Part shown: positions 30,634-40,481 of the stretch, piece by piece
Layout of the letters: each line of letters starts with the position of its first letter
Numbering within the stretch: the first letter of the stretch is position 1
Source of the DNA: Candidatus Saccharimonadia bacterium
GTDB lineage: Bacteria > Patescibacteriota > Saccharimonadia > UBA4664 > JBIOIQ01
Length of the DNA stretch: 64,000 bases
NCBI GenBank assembly: GCA_044449985.1
Contig: JBIOIQ010000001.1
Span: forward strand, 280 to 64,279
Direction: 5' to 3'
The notes under the pieces: model-generated
Database searches by the model: none
Told to the model about the DNA's origin: nothing
What the model saw: the letters and a program-made list of their open reading frames with translations, nothing else
Translations under genes and position numbers: made by a program

Positions 30634-31421
30634 AACCTTATGATCCTTGGCCGCGCAGCGGGCCGATTGGGTTTTGGCGTTGGTCGAACCACTGGCTGCT
30701 CGGGAGCTTCAGGTTCACCCAGTTTAATAGCTGTTTCGGTAATATGATCTGATACAATTTTGCCGTCAATAACACGAACAATCCGTGAAGCATACCGAGC
30801 AACTTCGGGCTCATGCGTAATTAAAACGACCGTTGCGCCAGCCTGATTAATTTCGCGCAAAATCTCCATAACTTCTGCGCTTCGTTTACTATCCAGATTT
30901 CCGGTCGGTTCGTCAGCCAGAATAATCGACGGATCCATGATCAAGGCTCGGGCAATCGCGACCCTTTGGATCTGACCCCCAGAAAGTTGGTTGCTTTTAT
31001 TCTTGATGCGCTCTTTTAAGCCGACTCGATCGATTAAACTTTTGGCGTGTTCGGTTGGATTCTTAATTTTGCCGTATATCGTTGGCAGTAAGACGTTTTC
31101 TAGGACTGACGTTCTTGGCAATAAATTAAACTGCTGAAAGACGAAGCCGATTTCACGGTTTCGTATGCCGGCTTGCTTGCGCTTACTTATTTTTGAGACG
31201 TCTCTGCCATCAAGTAAATACCGCCCTTTTGAGGGACGATCAAGCAGACCGATAATATGCATAAGCGTTGATTTACCGGACCCAGAAGGCCCCATGATAG
31301 CTACAAACTCACCCTTAGCTACCGTCATATTTATATTATCGAGGGCTATCGTATCTTCGTCACCGGTTCGATAGATTTTCGAAATATCCGAAAGTTCGAT
31401 TACATTTTGTGCGTCACTCAC
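30630..31421 (-). CDS. ABC transporter ATP-binding protein (MacB-type) with Pro-rich C-terminal tail
   Basis: Walker A (GPSGSGKST), signature (LSGGQIQRVAIARAL) and Walker B (ILADEPT). The start was trimmed to a GTG 8 aa upstream of the conserved IELSDISKIY, because the longest ORF (to 31514) leaves only 28 bp before the divergent gene. A TTG at 31436 is an alternative. Confidence 0.75.
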   Translation of the reverse strand: MSDAQNVIELSDISKIYRTGDEDTIALDNINMTVAKGEFVAIMGPSGSGKSTLMHIIGLLDRPSKGRYLLDGRDVSKISKRKQAGIRNREIGFVFQQFNLLPRTSVLENVLLPTIYGKIKNPTEHAKSLIDRVGLKERIKNKSNQLSGGQIQRVAIARALIMDPSIILADEPTGNLDSKRSAEVMEILREINQAGATVVLITHEPEVARYASRIVRVIDGKIVSDHITETAIKLGEPEAPEQPVVRPTPKPNRPAARPRIIRL

Positions 31422-31542
31422 TTGTCCATTAAACAAGCTCGAGAACTTAAAGTCAAAGCGTAGTCGCCCTAATAAGACGGCATATTCTCGGCTGCTACAG
31501 AGTAAATTCGACAATTATACATTTGGACTTTAATATAACGAT

Positions 31543-32364
31543 ATGTCGTTAACTCCCACAAGCCCATCCAACATTATTATCGAAGTCGTGGATCTCGAGA
31601 AAAGATTTGGTGATTTCACCGCGGTCAATAAAATAAGTTTTTCTGTTCGAACCGGACAAATATTTGGCTTTCTAGGTCCGAATGGAGCCGGAAAGAGTAC
31701 CACTATTAAAATGCTCACTACCTTACTTGCGCCCAGCTCGGGGACGCTCAAACTGGCTGGATTTGACGTTGCTAAAGAGCAAGCCGAGACGAGAAAGAGT
31801 TTCGGTATTGTATTTCAGGATCCAAGCGTAGATGAAGATTTAACGGCACTTGAGAATATGCAGGTTCACGCAGCGCTCTATGGTCTATCTAACAAAGATA
31901 TTAATGGCCGAACTAAAGAACTGCTCGATTTGGTTGAATTGTGGGACCGCCGGAACAACCAAGTTAAAACTTTTTCCGGGGGCATGAAACGACGACTCGA
32001 AATAGCACGCGGACTGCTGCATCACCCCAAAGTATTATTTCTCGACGAGCCGACACTTGGTCTTGATACGCAGACCAGAAACCTGCTCTGGAGTTACGTC
32101 AAAGCTTTAGTCAAAAGCGAAGGTATGACGGTATTTTTTACGACTCATTATTTGGAAGAAGCAGAAGAAATCGCCGATGAGATAGCAATTATTGATCATG
32201 GGGTGATCGTTGCGCATGGATCTAGCGCACATTTAATGTCCTATACCAATACTGAAACCCTCGAGGAAGCATACTTAAAACTAACCGGTAAAGCCGTACG
32301 CGATGAAACTGCAGATCCGAAAGATAGTTTGCGTACTCGCAGACGAGCTAGGGGATCAAGATGA
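31543..32364 (+). CDS. ABC transporter ATP-binding protein (ABC-2/DrrA-like)
   Basis: Walker A (GPNGAGKST), signature (FSGGMKRRLEIARGL) and Walker B (LFLDEPT). Confidence 0.85.
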   Translation: MSLTPTSPSNIIIEVVDLEKRFGDFTAVNKISFSVRTGQIFGFLGPNGAGKSTTIKMLTTLLAPSSGTLKLAGFDVAKEQAETRKSFGIVFQDPSVDEDLTALENMQVHAALYGLSNKDINGRTKELLDLVELWDRRNNQVKTFSGGMKRRLEIARGLLHHPKVLFLDEPTLGLDTQTRNLLWSYVKALVKSEGMTVFFTTHYLEEAEEIADEIAIIDHGVIVAHGSSAHLMSYTNTETLEEAYLKLTGKAVRDETADPKDSLRTRRRARGSR

Positions 32365-33113
32365 GTTTAAACGTAATTTATACCCTGTGGCTACGACAAC
32401 TTAAGAAGTATTTTAGGGCTCGTTCAAGAATCATTGGAGCTATCGGGCAGCCCCTATTATTCTTAGTGGCGCTAGGATACGGACTCGGATCGGTTTTTCA
32501 GAGGGCGGGAGAAGGAAATTACTTAAGATTTTTAGTTCCGGGAATTATGGCCCAAACCGTCTTATTTTCGGCGGTCTTCTTTGGTATCAATATAATTTTC
32601 GATAAACAGTTCGGCTTTTTAAAAGAGACCCTCGTCGCACCGGTCTCAAGACTTACAATAATGCTTGGGGGTGCGCTCGGAGGCGCCACGACTTCGGTCA
32701 TGCAGGGCATTTTGGTGTTCATCATTGCCTTATTTATGGGTTTTCGACCTTACAATTATGCGACGCTTCCGCTGTCGCTGTTAGTGCTCGTCATATTGTC
32801 GGTCGCGCTGACTTGTTTTAGCTCTGGATTTGGTGCAATTGTGAATGATTTTCAAGGCTTTCAAGCCATTAACCAATTTCTAATTTTCCCATTATTCTTT
32901 CTTTCAGGGTCACTCTACCCCTTGACCAACGCTCCAACCGCTCTGCGCATCATCGCAGATCTTAATCCTCTAAGTTACGCAGTTGATGCCCTCAGGGCTA
33001 GTTTGATTAATCAAAGTCATTATGGGTACGCCAAAGATTTTAGTGTACTCTTCGTGACCGTCATAATACTGATGAGTTTTGGGGCGTATCAATTCCGCCG
33101 CATCCAAGTTTAG
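32361..33113 (+). CDS. ABC-2 family transporter permease
   Basis: 250 aa with 6 TM helices. It overlaps the ATPase gene by 4 nt. Confidence 0.75.
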   Translation: MSLNVIYTLWLRQLKKYFRARSRIIGAIGQPLLFLVALGYGLGSVFQRAGEGNYLRFLVPGIMAQTVLFSAVFFGINIIFDKQFGFLKETLVAPVSRLTIMLGGALGGATTSVMQGILVFIIALFMGFRPYNYATLPLSLLVLVILSVALTCFSSGFGAIVNDFQGFQAINQFLIFPLFFLSGSLYPLTNAPTALRIIADLNPLSYAVDALRASLINQSHYGYAKDFSVLFVTVIILMSFGAYQFRRIQV

Positions 33114-33179
33114 CTGGATCTTGATTGGTAGTTTTTCGTTTCTAGTGGGATAATTAAACCTAATAAGAAGGCAAGGCTG

Positions 33180-34070
33180 ATGGAAATTGCTCTCGAGACT
33201 AAAGGTCTTTCGAAATTCTACAACGATCTAGTGGCACTCGACTCGCTTAACTTAAGCGTCAAAAAAGGCGAAGTACTGGGATTCTTAGGACCAAACGGGG
33301 CAGGCAAAACCACGACGATTCGAGCTATTCTTGGCCTGATTAAACCTTCAGCCGGTACCGCCGAAATTTTTGGTCTCGACGTTTCGACGCATAAAGTCGA
33401 AACTCATAAGAAAATTGCCTACGTACCGGGGGAAGCCACTTTTTGGCCGGGACTGACAGGAGAAGAAACTTTGCATCTGCTAGCCAAGTTGCACGGCAAA
33501 GTTGACGAGCAGTATCAGGCGCATTTAGTAAAACTATTTGATTTTGAACCAAGTCGAAAAGTTAGGACCTATTCGAAAGGAAATAAGCAGAAAATAAACT
33601 TAATAGCAGCCCTTGCTACTAGAGCCGAACTCTTGATATTAGACGAACCGACCAGTGGTCTTGATCCGATCATGGAACAGGCTTTTCGGGAATGTATCTT
33701 AGAAGCTAAATCTGCCGGACAAACCGTTTTTTTGTCATCGCACATTCTCGAAGAAGTAGAAGCTTTATGTGATCGAATAGGCATTTTGAGAAAAGGTAAG
33801 CTGGTCGAACTGGGCACGTTATCTGAGCTTAGACACCTGTCGGCGGTAACTATCGAAGCAACATTTCTGGGTAAAGTTCCAGATGTTTCTAAAGTCAGTG
33901 GGGTGAAGCGAGTCAAAGTTACCGGGCATAAACTTGAGTGTCAGGTCCACGGATCGATTGAGCCTCTTTTGGTTTTGTTATCTAAAACTGACATCGTGAA
34001 ACTGCTTTCACGCGAACCTTCACTTGAAGAGCTGTTCTTAACCCTCTACGGCACAGACGAGAAAGAGTAG
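33180..34070 (+). CDS. ABC transporter ATP-binding protein (ABC-2 type)
   Basis: Walker A (GPNGAGKTT), signature (YSKGNKQKINLIAAL) and Walker B (LILDEPT). Confidence 0.85.
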   Translation: MEIALETKGLSKFYNDLVALDSLNLSVKKGEVLGFLGPNGAGKTTTIRAILGLIKPSAGTAEIFGLDVSTHKVETHKKIAYVPGEATFWPGLTGEETLHLLAKLHGKVDEQYQAHLVKLFDFEPSRKVRTYSKGNKQKINLIAALATRAELLILDEPTSGLDPIMEQAFRECILEAKSAGQTVFLSSHILEEVEALCDRIGILRKGKLVELGTLSELRHLSAVTIEATFLGKVPDVSKVSGVKRVKVTGHKLECQVHGSIEPLLVLLSKTDIVKLLSREPSLEELFLTLYGTDEKE

Positions 34071-34071
34071 T

Positions 34072-35721
34072 TTGATGAATGATAACCATCCGTCAAAGCT
34101 AAAGTCATTTCGTTCCCCTCAAACCGTTATTGCAAGGTTTGTTGCCGGGCAAACGGTCAAGACTGCGGCGTTCTGGGCACTTATTTTTGGATTTTATGTT
34201 GCTTCCAAATCGTTGGGATTCGCAACCGCCTATCCAACTGCAGCCGGAAGAGCCCACCTGGTTAGTTCGCTGGGGTCAAACATCGGGCTGATTGCGATCT
34301 TAGGGAAACCCCAACTAGTATCAACCGTAAAAGGCTGGGCAGCCTGGAATACGCTACTGGTTGTTACCGTTGTGGGAGCCATCTGGGGTCTTTTGCTCGC
34401 GACCAAACGCTTCCGGGGTGAGGAAGCCATGGGTCGCTGGGAAATTCTGTTAAGCGGTTTAACAACGCCTCGAAAGGCCGCTGTCAATGTGCTGGCCGGA
34501 CTAGGTTTTAGTTTCGCCGTGCTGTTGGCTATCACGAGTGTTAGCTTTATCGTGATCGGGCGCATCCATACGGTTGATTTTTCAGTTTCAAGTGCTCTGT
34601 TCTTTGCACTGGCTTCAGTTTTGGGTGCAGCAGAATTTTTAGCAATTGGTAGCCTAGCCTCTCAACTCATGCCCACAAGAAGTCGAGCTGCCAGCCTGGC
34701 GGCGGCAATCTTTGGTATAAGTTTCATCATTCGCGCAAGCGGAGATATATCATCTTATCATTGGCTACTTAATATCTCGCCGCTAGGATGGATTGAGAAC
34801 TTGCAGCCTCTTTCTCATAGTCAACCTATTTGGTTAATCCCAATATTTTCAATGATCACGCTACTACTTCTACTAACTGTGATTTTAGCTGGCAGTCGCG
34901 ATCTAGGGGCGGCAACATTTCCAGATAAAGACACTTCGCGCCCTCACTTTGGTTTGCTTAACTCAACTTTTGCCTCATCGGTGCGGCTGGCTCGGACTTC
35001 AATTATTTCCTGGCTCATCGCCGGGATGGGTATAGCCTACTTTTTTGCAATTCTTACAAGAACGGCTGCTCAAGCATTTCAAGCTTCATTAAGTGCAGAA
35101 AAAGTACTTTCAAGACTGGCACAGGTCTCGCAAGACTTCGGAGCGAAAACTTTCCTGGGAATAATCTTTTTTTTCTTGATGATTTTATTTATGGCATATA
35201 GCGCCAGTGCTCTGGGGGCAATTCGAGAAGATGAAGCTTCGGGTTATCTCGACAACATCATAGTTCGTCCGATAGGGAGGTTACGATGGATCGGTGATCG
35301 AATACTGCTACTCATATCTTCGCTTGTCCTGATCGGAACATTGTCATCTCTGACCGTATGGATTGGTAGCCACGGCCAAACGGGGGGGATTTCCCTCCAA
35401 ATCTTTCTTAGCGCCGGGATTAACAGCCTCATTCCCGCAATCTTTATCGCCGGGCTAGGAATTTTGGCTTTGGGATTCTGGCCCAGATTTTGCTCAACCA
35501 TAACTTTCGGAGTTTTAGCTTGGTCGTTTTTACTTGAAATGGTCAGCTCGGGAATTAATTTAAACCATTGGATTGCTGACACATCTATCTTGCATCATAT
35601 TTTACTTGCCCCGGCCTCATCGCCCAACTGGCATGGCGATCTGATAATTACCTGTATTAGCCTCGTATTAGCGCTCTTCGGAATCTGGAAATTTAATATT
35701 CGAGACTTAGCCAGCGAATAA
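34072..35721 (+). CDS. Large ABC-2-type permease / polytopic membrane protein
   Basis: 549 aa with at least 10 TM helices. It starts 2 nt after the ATPase stop. Confidence 0.6.
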   Translation: MMNDNHPSKLKSFRSPQTVIARFVAGQTVKTAAFWALIFGFYVASKSLGFATAYPTAAGRAHLVSSLGSNIGLIAILGKPQLVSTVKGWAAWNTLLVVTVVGAIWGLLLATKRFRGEEAMGRWEILLSGLTTPRKAAVNVLAGLGFSFAVLLAITSVSFIVIGRIHTVDFSVSSALFFALASVLGAAEFLAIGSLASQLMPTRSRAASLAAAIFGISFIIRASGDISSYHWLLNISPLGWIENLQPLSHSQPIWLIPIFSMITLLLLLTVILAGSRDLGAATFPDKDTSRPHFGLLNSTFASSVRLARTSIISWLIAGMGIAYFFAILTRTAAQAFQASLSAEKVLSRLAQVSQDFGAKTFLGIIFFFLMILFMAYSASALGAIREDEASGYLDNIIVRPIGRLRWIGDRILLLISSLVLIGTLSSLTVWIGSHGQTGGISLQIFLSAGINSLIPAIFIAGLGILALGFWPRFCSTITFGVLAWSFLLEMVSSGINLNHWIADTSILHHILLAPASSPNWHGDLIITCISLVLALFGIWKFNIRDLASE

Positions 35722-35839
35722 CAAACGACGGCTCACCTATATACCTGCGCATAACAATTTGTGGTCTGTTTCGTTTTTCTTTTGACAAGCCAAAATCTTT
35801 AGGTTTATAGTGAAGCTAAATTAACGAGGTAGTAATAAA

Positions 35840-36259
35840 ATGTTTGCACAAGTCTCCGTTTGGGGTGTCTTGCTCGCAGCCGCGTCAGCTATGATCGTAG
35901 GTACCCTTTGGTATAGCACATCCATGTTCGGGAAAACGTGGATGAAAGGAATTGGCATAACAGATGCCGAGATGAAAAAAAAGATGAACAGCACAATGCT
36001 CGTGTTAATAGCAGCATCGCTCGCAACGGCTTATGTTTTGAGCCTGTTTACGGTTTATTTCCATAGTTACGTTGGTGGCAGTTGGGTGATGGCAGGATTT
36101 GATACCGCGCTTCTAGCCTGGTTCGGACTTGGTCTCACCGCAATTTTTGCGCACGGAGCATTTGATCCAAGAGATATTAAGGTACTCTATATTAATGCTG
36201 GCAATCGGTTAGTAACGCTCGTCATTATGGGCCTCATTATTGGCTATTTTTTACGCTAA
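35840..36259 (+). CDS. Small membrane protein (DUF1761-like)
   Basis: 139 aa with 4 TM helices. A strong intrinsic terminator follows. Confidence 0.5.
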   Translation: MFAQVSVWGVLLAAASAMIVGTLWYSTSMFGKTWMKGIGITDAEMKKKMNSTMLVLIAASLATAYVLSLFTVYFHSYVGGSWVMAGFDTALLAWFGLGLTAIFAHGAFDPRDIKVLYINAGNRLVTLVIMGLIIGYFLR

Positions 36260-36274
36260 TAACGCTAATCAAAA

Positions 36275-36296
36275 AGAGGCTTCGGCCTCTTTTTTT
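36275..36296 (+). terminator. Rho-independent terminator
   Basis: AGAGGC-TTCG-GCCTCT stem-loop followed by TTTTTTT, 16 nt after the stop. Confidence 0.7.
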
Positions 36297-36412
36297 GTGC
36301 CAACATACCCACGCGGAAATCCCTTTTCGGCTTACGAATATTTTGGCTGAATATGATGCTTTTTATGGTTCTCAGCAAAAAGTCAGCTTCAAGCGGTATA
36401 ATCTGAAATTGT

Positions 36413-37540
36413 ATGAATAAATACATTGTGAGCCGAACTAAAATAGTCGGGAAAAACACGCTCCATTTGAGCCTGGCTCCCAAAACTCCCGAAGACCGGA
36501 TGAGGTTTTATCCTGGTCAATATGTGGCGCTATCTTACAAGGTAGGTTTAAGAACCTCGCCGATGCGTTGTTTCTCAATTCTTAGTTCGCCGAAAAACGC
36601 CGGAGAACTTCAGTTTGGTATCCGAATTCAAGGCGATTTTACGAGATCTCTAGCGAGTTTAACAATCGGCGAAACGGTACTGGTACAAGGCCCCTTCGGG
36701 GAGTTTGTAATTGATGAATCTTATGATCGAAGCGTAATACTGCTCGCCGGCGGGATTGGCGTTACTCCATTTCTTAGCATGATTAGACACTCAACGGAGG
36801 CCCAAAGGCCTACGCCAATCACCCTTCTCTATAGCTCCCAGTCTCAAGATGATGTGCCGTTTTATGAAGAACTGATTGAACTTGAGCGACTTAATCCGCG
36901 TTTTAGAGTAGCGTTCTTTATTACGAATGGCCCAGTGAGTAAGCTGACACGTGGTCATGTCTATTCCGGAAGGGTTGATGAAGACGTTTTCTTACAGATA
37001 ACAAAAGGACACTTTAACCACTTTAGTTACTTTATCTGTGGCCCTAAAGGTTTCATGAAAGGCATGAAATCGATACTAACCAGCCACCGAACTGATTCAA
37101 ACCGCATCGTCTCGGAAGAATTTTCGCCGTCAAACCAACTGATTGCAAATATTGCCCCAAAAGATAGCGCCTCGCGCTGGACCTATGCCATAAGTGCGGC
37201 TTCGATTGTCGTCGGATCGGCATTCGTTATGTTTGTTGATCTTGCGCGAGTTGTGCCTAAACAACTCCAAGCTGATGCCTCTCAATCGGCCGCCATCACC
37301 CAGTCCCAGTCCACGCCAAGTACGCCTACAAGTTCAGCGAGCTCAAGCGTAACAACTACCCCCTTATCGCAAGCTCAAACGAACACTAATTCAAGCTCAA
37401 ATAGTTCAGCGAGTTCGTCAACCCAGTCTAGTTCAGCACAATCCTCTCAATCGACTGCTTCGAGCTCGACTCCGACGCAAACTACTACGACTCAATCAAC
37501 ACCGACGTATTACCAACAACCCGTCACTTCAGTATCCTAA
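36413..37540 (+). CDS. FNR-like flavin reductase (FAD_binding_6 + NAD_binding_1) with C-terminal TM anchor and Ser/Thr-rich tail
   Basis: Has a FAD-binding R-x-F-S motif (RCFSILSS) and the NAD(P)-binding motif LLAGGIGVTPFLSMI. A hydrophobic helix (AISAASIVVGSAFVMFV) and an 80-aa S/T-rich low-complexity tail follow the catalytic domain. Confidence 0.75.
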   Translation: MNKYIVSRTKIVGKNTLHLSLAPKTPEDRMRFYPGQYVALSYKVGLRTSPMRCFSILSSPKNAGELQFGIRIQGDFTRSLASLTIGETVLVQGPFGEFVIDESYDRSVILLAGGIGVTPFLSMIRHSTEAQRPTPITLLYSSQSQDDVPFYEELIELERLNPRFRVAFFITNGPVSKLTRGHVYSGRVDEDVFLQITKGHFNHFSYFICGPKGFMKGMKSILTSHRTDSNRIVSEEFSPSNQLIANIAPKDSASRWTYAISAASIVVGSAFVMFVDLARVVPKQLQADASQSAAITQSQSTPSTPTSSASSSVTTTPLSQAQTNTNSSSNSSASSSTQSSSAQSSQSTASSSTPTQTTTTQSTPTYYQQPVTSVS

Positions 37541-37583
37541 TGCCAAAAACTTTTGAGCTGATCAACAAAACGAGGGTTCACTA

Positions 37584-38225
37584 ATGCTGCACTCCCTTAC
37601 ATTTGTCCAAAACTTTGGGGGATCAAGCGCGTTTCAGATTGTGGCCGAAAGAGTCAGCGCCTCCTGGCCTTGGTACGTCATTAGAGCGGCTGGTTTTATC
37701 GCTGCCGGACTCATAATAATCCTTATGCTTTCAGGTATTGGGCAAGTTACAGGACTGTCGTATCGGATTGTTGAGCCAATCAAGGCTTGGGCAATTCATA
37801 AGGCCCTCGCAATTGCACTTTGTGTTAGTATTGCAATCCACGTGGGCTTTTTACTAATGGATCATTTTATTCACTTTTCGCTGGCCCAAATTCTCATTCC
37901 CTTTACTTCCACTTACAATAATGGCACAGTCTTTAGCGGACTCGCGCTTGGAGGAGTTGCGATCGCCTTGGGGGTACTGGCGATGTATGGGGTAGTGGTA
38001 ATCGTTTTAAGCTCACTCGGGTGGATTGATTCCAGAAGGAATTTATGGCATCAACTACATTATATATCCTACGCGGTTGCACTATTTGTCTTTCTGCATG
38101 CGCTCTATTCGGGGAGTGATCTAAAATACGGCCTTTCCCGCCAGTTATGGGTAGCAATTGGGCTAGTAATAGTAGTCGGGATAATAAGCCGACTTTGGCG
38201 TTCGGGGACTAAAAAAATAGCCTAA
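37584..38225 (+). CDS. Ferric-reductase-like transmembrane heme protein (MsrQ/YedZ/NOX TM-domain family)
   Basis: 213 aa with 6 TM helices. The bis-heme His pairs show the family spacing: H-x13-H (IHKALAIALCVSIAIHV) and H-x12-H (LHYISYAVALFVFLHA). Confidence 0.65.
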   Translation: MLHSLTFVQNFGGSSAFQIVAERVSASWPWYVIRAAGFIAAGLIIILMLSGIGQVTGLSYRIVEPIKAWAIHKALAIALCVSIAIHVGFLLMDHFIHFSLAQILIPFTSTYNNGTVFSGLALGGVAIALGVLAMYGVVVIVLSSLGWIDSRRNLWHQLHYISYAVALFVFLHALYSGSDLKYGLSRQLWVAIGLVIVVGIISRLWRSGTKKIA

Positions 38226-38283
38226 ACGCACATTGGGGTAATGCCACTTCGGATATACAAATTTATGTTATGCTTGGATCAAC

Positions 38284-39117
38284 ATGAGGGACTCAACTGA
38301 TAAATCGGCGCATATCCATCATTACCAGCGTCATGCAACATACTCTTATCCGGTTCGGCTGTCCCAACGTATTCACGCTACAGTTACGCTTCCCGTAATC
38401 CTGCTTATATTTACCATTTTGGCGGTGCGGTTTTTCCCGGTATCGCAAAGTAATACTTCAACCCTTGACTGGCACCTAGTAATCTTTTCATTATTATCGA
38501 CGCTTTATCGGTTGCTGATTGCCTACGGCTTCGCCCTGGTTATATCAGTCCCGATTGCGCTTCTAATCAATGTAAATTCCGTGACAGAGCGGTTACTGCT
38601 ACCATTCTTCGACATCGTTCAATCAATTCCAGTTTTGGCCTTTTTCCCTGTCATTATCGCGTTATTTCTGCACTATGGTTTCGTCAACGCGGCGGCCGTA
38701 TTTATCATTTTCTTAAGCATGCTTTGGAATCTGGTGTTTAGTTTAGTCGGTGGTTTGCGAATTATTCCAAGCGATATTCGATCAGCGGCTCAAGTATTTA
38801 ACATCAGGCAAATGGCCTATTTGAGAAAAATAATTCTGCCGGCAATATTTCCATATATAGTCACCGGCTCACTGCTCGCCTGGGCGCAAGGTTGGAATAT
38901 AATAATTGTGGCTGAAGTTCTCCACACCTATATTCCTGGTGGAGGAAGTAGCCTTGATGTCTATGGGATTGGAAGCCTACTAGTGCATGCTTCAGCCAAT
39001 GGACAATCACAAATATTTCTCGCTTCAATTTCGGCGATGGTGATAATGATTGGTCTGATTAACTTCTTTGTTTGGCAAAAATTATTACACCTGGCTGAGA
39101 GGTTTCGGTTTGAATAG
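38284..39117 (+). CDS. ABC transporter permease (binding-protein-dependent, NitT/TauT-type)
   Basis: 277 aa with 6 TM helices and an EAA-like loop. Confidence 0.75.
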   Translation: MRDSTDKSAHIHHYQRHATYSYPVRLSQRIHATVTLPVILLIFTILAVRFFPVSQSNTSTLDWHLVIFSLLSTLYRLLIAYGFALVISVPIALLINVNSVTERLLLPFFDIVQSIPVLAFFPVIIALFLHYGFVNAAAVFIIFLSMLWNLVFSLVGGLRIIPSDIRSAAQVFNIRQMAYLRKIILPAIFPYIVTGSLLAWAQGWNIIIVAEVLHTYIPGGGSSLDVYGIGSLLVHASANGQSQIFLASISAMVIMIGLINFFVWQKLLHLAERFRFE

Positions 39118-39835
39118 TATTATAAGTCTAGCTAAAGTTTCAAAACGTTACTCAGAAAGCGTAGAAAATGCCCTGAGCCAGATATCTCTCGATGTGGCCA
39201 GTGGGGAGTTCTTGGTCTTGGTCGGGCCTTCAGGCTGCGGAAAATCTAGCTTAATTAAAATAATCGCCGGCCTTGAACATGCGAGCTCAGGAGAGATTTC
39301 GGTCCCCCCCAAAGTCTCGATGGTCTTTCAGGCCGGTGCGTTATTCCCATGGTTAAGTGTGGCTGACAATCTAGGTATCGTGCTGGCGGCCCAAAAACTT
39401 CCGCATAACCAAATTATCCAAAAAATTAATCAATATCTCGAGCTCGTCAATTTGCGAGAATTTAGCGATAAATATCCGCGAGAACTCTCCGGTGGCCAGA
39501 GGCAACGTGTGGGGATAGCGAGAGCACTTGCCATTGAACCGGAAGTTCTAATTCTAGATGAACCATTTTCAGCCCTCGATATTAAAACTACCGAAGATCT
39601 GCATAATGACCTACTCAGGATCTGGGAGCTGACCCACCAAACCATTGTGATGGTATCACATTCGATAGAAGAAGCCGTAACGCTGGCTGATCGAATCGTG
39701 CTTATGGATAGTGGGAAGATAATCCAAACCTTTGATCTCTCGCAGTTAAAGCGACCGAGACGTGAGCAGGCTACTCAATTTATCTCTGATGTCCAAACAG
39801 TCAGGCGGAAACTGCTCGAAGTTGCCAAAGTCTAA
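39068..39835 (+). CDS. ABC transporter ATP-binding protein (NitT/TauT-type)
   Basis: Walker A (GPSGCGKSS), signature (LSGGQRQRVGIARAL) and Walker B (LILDEPF). The true start is more likely the TTG at 39110, which has a GAGAGG motif upstream and overlaps the permease stop by 8 nt. Confidence 0.8.
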   Translation: MFGKNYYTWLRGFGLNSIISLAKVSKRYSESVENALSQISLDVASGEFLVLVGPSGCGKSSLIKIIAGLEHASSGEISVPPKVSMVFQAGALFPWLSVADNLGIVLAAQKLPHNQIIQKINQYLELVNLREFSDKYPRELSGGQRQRVGIARALAIEPEVLILDEPFSALDIKTTEDLHNDLLRIWELTHQTIVMVSHSIEEAVTLADRIVLMDSGKIIQTFDLSQLKRPRREQATQFISDVQTVRRKLLEVAKV

Positions 39836-39883
39836 AGCCAGGCTTTGCTTATGCTATAATCATTGCCATAAACAGCTCTCTAG

Positions 39884-40462
39884 ATGGCACACAATTTAAA
39901 AGTAAAAACATACTCGAATCGGGAACAACCAACTCAGCCGGCCAAGAATCCGGATTTTGAAGGTCAACACGAGGGCGAAGAAGTAACGTTGGTGTTTCGA
40001 CAACATCCGGTGATCATGCGAAAAGCCTTACTCAAGGGTTTGATTGTACTATTAATCGCATTGGTACCTTTATATTTATGGACCTCGACGGCACTCGTAT
40101 CGAGTAACGATTTCTATAACTGGTCTGTTCGGCTACTAGAAGTTGTATCGGTGTGCGTGTTGTTATTTTGGTTACTTGCCTGGATAAAGTGGCATTATAG
40201 TGTGTATATTTTAACCACCGAAAGACTGTTTCAGATTCATCAACTGGGACTGTTTAAGCGTGAGATAGATTCTCTATTCCATGCCCGAATTCATGCGGTA
40301 AATTATACGATAGATGGCATACAGGGAGCACTGCTTGGTTTTGGCACCATAAGCATTCAAACCGAAGTCGGCAACTACTTTCTAATTAACGTCCCCCACC
40401 CGGCCAAACTTCACGAAAAGATTCTGGAGGCTGTCCGCGACCACGTCGGCGAAGACGACTAA
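39884..40462 (+). CDS. Bacterial PH-domain (bPH_2/YdbS-like) membrane protein
   Basis: 192 aa with two TM helices followed by the bPH_2 pattern (YILTTERLF...H...I.). Confidence 0.55.
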   Translation: MAHNLKVKTYSNREQPTQPAKNPDFEGQHEGEEVTLVFRQHPVIMRKALLKGLIVLLIALVPLYLWTSTALVSSNDFYNWSVRLLEVVSVCVLLFWLLAWIKWHYSVYILTTERLFQIHQLGLFKREIDSLFHARIHAVNYTIDGIQGALLGFGTISIQTEVGNYFLINVPHPAKLHEKILEAVRDHVGEDD

Positions 40463-40481
40463 GTTATATTTTTTGCTAAAA

